Position numbers and translations under genes: made by a program. From Macrostomum lignano (Eukaryota), in assembly GCA_002269645.1 (NCBI GenBank), contig NIVC01003984.1, positions 2,445-66,444 on the forward strand: a stretch of DNA of 64,000 bases. The letters run 5' to 3'. Of the stretch, positions 61,746 to 64,000 are shown piece by piece. Each line of letters opens with the position of its first letter. The first letter of the stretch is position 1. The notes beneath the pieces are model-generated. The model saw only the letters and a list, made by a program, of their open reading frames with translations, ran no database searches and was not told where the DNA came from.

Positions 61746-62093
61746 TTCGGTCCTCAGAGTCCAGAAATGAATCAAATTGCCTTGCATTGGTGTCAATAGC
61801 TAAGAGAGGAGAGCGAGAGACTAGTAGGGAGAATTTGAAAGGGTAGAAAACAACAAATCCGGGATTTATGCTAATCCGCCATCACAAGCTGAACAGGCTT
61901 AACGAAGAAGCACTTTCGAAATCAGTTTTTTTGACTAGAATTGCGGCTCCTGCACGTACCTGCCAACTAGTGCCTTAGTACGAGCGTATAGCTATAGCTG
62001 TCCATCTCCGATGTATAAAGCTGGACGCTGCTAGGACTAGATCGTATTGATCATGCAGCAGGGACAGATGGGACTTTTTGTGGGGGTTCTTGC
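61746..62093. repeat. Dispersed repeat, copy B (homolog at 2010-2403)
   Basis: Same conserved blocks in the same order and orientation as copy A. Confidence 0.65.
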
Positions 62094-62260
62094 GCTGTCA
62101 TGAATACATGATCAAAAAACTAAATTCTCAGAAAGTATTCGGATTTCCAATACCTGTTTGATCGGTAGACTGATGGACTGGAAAAACCTCAATCAGTAAA
62201 GTGGCCACTCATCTTGTCCAGCATTGCGATAAAAGTTGCACTTGAAAACTTGAATGATCG

Positions 62261-62528
62261 AAAGGGCCTGTCAACTTAAGCTCTTAAAGCGGAGCCCGAG
62301 TAAAAGCGACAAAATTGGACTTGGGAGAACAAGCAAGGGGATAATAAGGGTGCTTTATGAGCTTAAGTTGACATAATAATTATCCCCTTGTTTGTTCTCC
62401 CGAGTCAAATGTCTGTCGCTTTTTTGCCAAACCCATCTTCCTAGTGTCACTGTGAGCAGAATGACCTATCATTTGTGTACATAGGTTACTCGGGCTCCGC
62501 TTTATGATCTTAAGTTGACAGACCCTTT
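62261..62528. mobile_element. Palindromic MITE (Kolobok-like AGGG...CCCT ends)
   Basis: About 43-bp TIR AAAGGGCCTGTCAACTTAAGCTCTTAAAGCGGAGCCCGAGTAA inverted at 62486-62528, plus a second internal inverted pair of about 45 bp. The family assignment is tentative. Confidence 0.65.
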
Positions 62529-63274
62529 GACTTTCTCTTTAATCACAAAAAATCACAATTTCGAAAAGCGCTTTCTATCATAAACCCGAAACAGCATCAC
62601 TTCGAAAACCAAAATAGTGTTGGACGTTGCTAGAACTTTCGAAGTTGTGATATTTCGGGTTTATGAAAATTCGGGCTTATTATAGAATACTTCAGGTTAG
62701 GTAGTTGAAGTATTAAGTACGAGCGCGTATAAGTAGTTGAAGACAAACAGAAGACAAACTTAGCTATCGAAATACTATACTTTCTGGAGCGAGAAATGAT
62801 AGCTATATACGATAATAAATCGAAAAATGTGAAAAATTGTGACGCCCTAAAACAGGTGAGCATGAATCAAAGTTCAACATTTAGGAGTCATACTCGTGTT
62901 TATTTACTACGTTTAGTAGCACACAGTTTATTTTTTCAGTAGTATTGATCGAAATAGGCAGTTATAAATGTAGCAATTGAGTAAGATTCAAGTAAGATAA
63001 TGAATTATTTTCTTATAAATTGCCATAAAAATAGTAAGAATAAACAATAGAAGTATAGTTTTGATAAATTGCTATTAATTCAAACAGTCACTTTTACTAG
63101 GACACAATCGTTCTCTCATTCGTAGTTTAATTAACTTTGAATATTCGCAGTTAGACTAGGAATTTAACTAGGAATAAGCTTCGAATTTCCTAAGAGGGTA
63201 TGCTCAATTCAGAAAGGCCTTCAACTCAACGCAAATGTAAAACAGAAAGAAACACTAAAATGGCGTCGCAGTCA

Positions 63275-64000
63275 CTTGTGAAGCCCGATCGATCTCTAAT
63301 TCGGAATCTAGCTAAGATGAACGGCTGGTATAAAAAAGTCAGACACGTTTCTGCCCGACAAACAAATCTGAGCTCGCCAGCTTTTGGGACTGGTCAACTG
63401 CTTTAGGAGACTAATTCCGAACTTCGCTCAAAAGACTGTTCCTCTTAATTAACTGCAAAAATCTAACATCAACTTTGACTGGACCGATGAGTGCTCTCCA
63501 GCTTTCGATTATCTCAAAGCTGAAGTCCAATAGTGCAATATATAGTGCAAGCCTATAGCCTATCAAAAGAGTTAACTCTAAGAAAGGATGCCTCAAAGAG
63601 CTCAATCGCCGCGTAGTGACATAGGAGAGGTATCCCGAAATATTTGTTTCGAGGACACTGTCAGCCGCCAAATCAAATTGCTCAAAAATCAAACTTCCTT
63701 CATGGCCGTTAGGCACGATTTTCAGCCACTGAGTCGTCTCTTCTGGCTGTGACATCTCTACAGCTTTGCACACATCGCCGAGAATTGGGCGCTGGGCTAT
63801 GTCGTCTCTTGAACATCGAGTATGTGCAAGGCTGCGATATTCCACACGCTGACGAGCTCCACATCGGCTCCGCTTCGACAACTATTTCGCAGACGACAAG
63901 GAAACGTTTGATACCATCAACGCCGAGGCATTCGAATCACTGGCGATCGAGCCCGAAAGAATTTTGACATACATGTAAATGGACGCAGAGATCCGTTCAC
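63275..64000 (+). pseudogene. Decayed Ty3/gypsy pol fragment (RT thumb/connection and RNase H)
   Basis: Across frames and stops: KPDRSLIRNL, LLGLVNCFRRLIPNFAQKTVPL, FDWTDECSPAFDYLK, LRKDASK, IFVSRTLSAAKSNCS, RIGRWAM, IEYVQGCDIPHAD, RLRFD. Confidence 0.82.

Noticed and set aside
63411-63881. 156-aa minus-strand ORF
   Set aside because: It is the antisense shadow of the decayed gypsy pol fragment on the plus strand.

Overview
Eukaryotic (animal) genomic DNA with spliceosomal GT-AG introns. The gene set, the AT-rich intergenic DNA and the very dense minisatellites suggest an invertebrate, possibly a flatworm such as Macrostomum; this is inference and not proven. Genes from left to right: a small intronless ORF for a putative secreted peptide (+, 904-1131); an intronless Cbl E3 ligase (-); ZMAT5, the U11/U12 20K protein (-); a 10-exon divergent PDS5 (+, about 1356 aa as modelled); a 4-exon divergent pyruvate kinase (-) with a substituted metal-ligand Glu; a GnRH/AKH-receptor-like GPCR (+); and the last exon of a DEG/ENaC channel (-). 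Mobile DNA includes a full-length mariner with one nonsense codon, several hAT-like MITEs, a tRNA-derived SINE, a solo LTR inserted in a minisatellite, foldback MITEs and a decayed Ty3/gypsy pol fragment. The most striking structure is that 15 of the 16 modelled introns carry their own private tandem array. Several of these arrays are multimers of the local splice signal (5' splice site, branch point or 3' AG). Gene models were built by hand from splice consensus, phase continuity and remembered family motifs; no database search was run.
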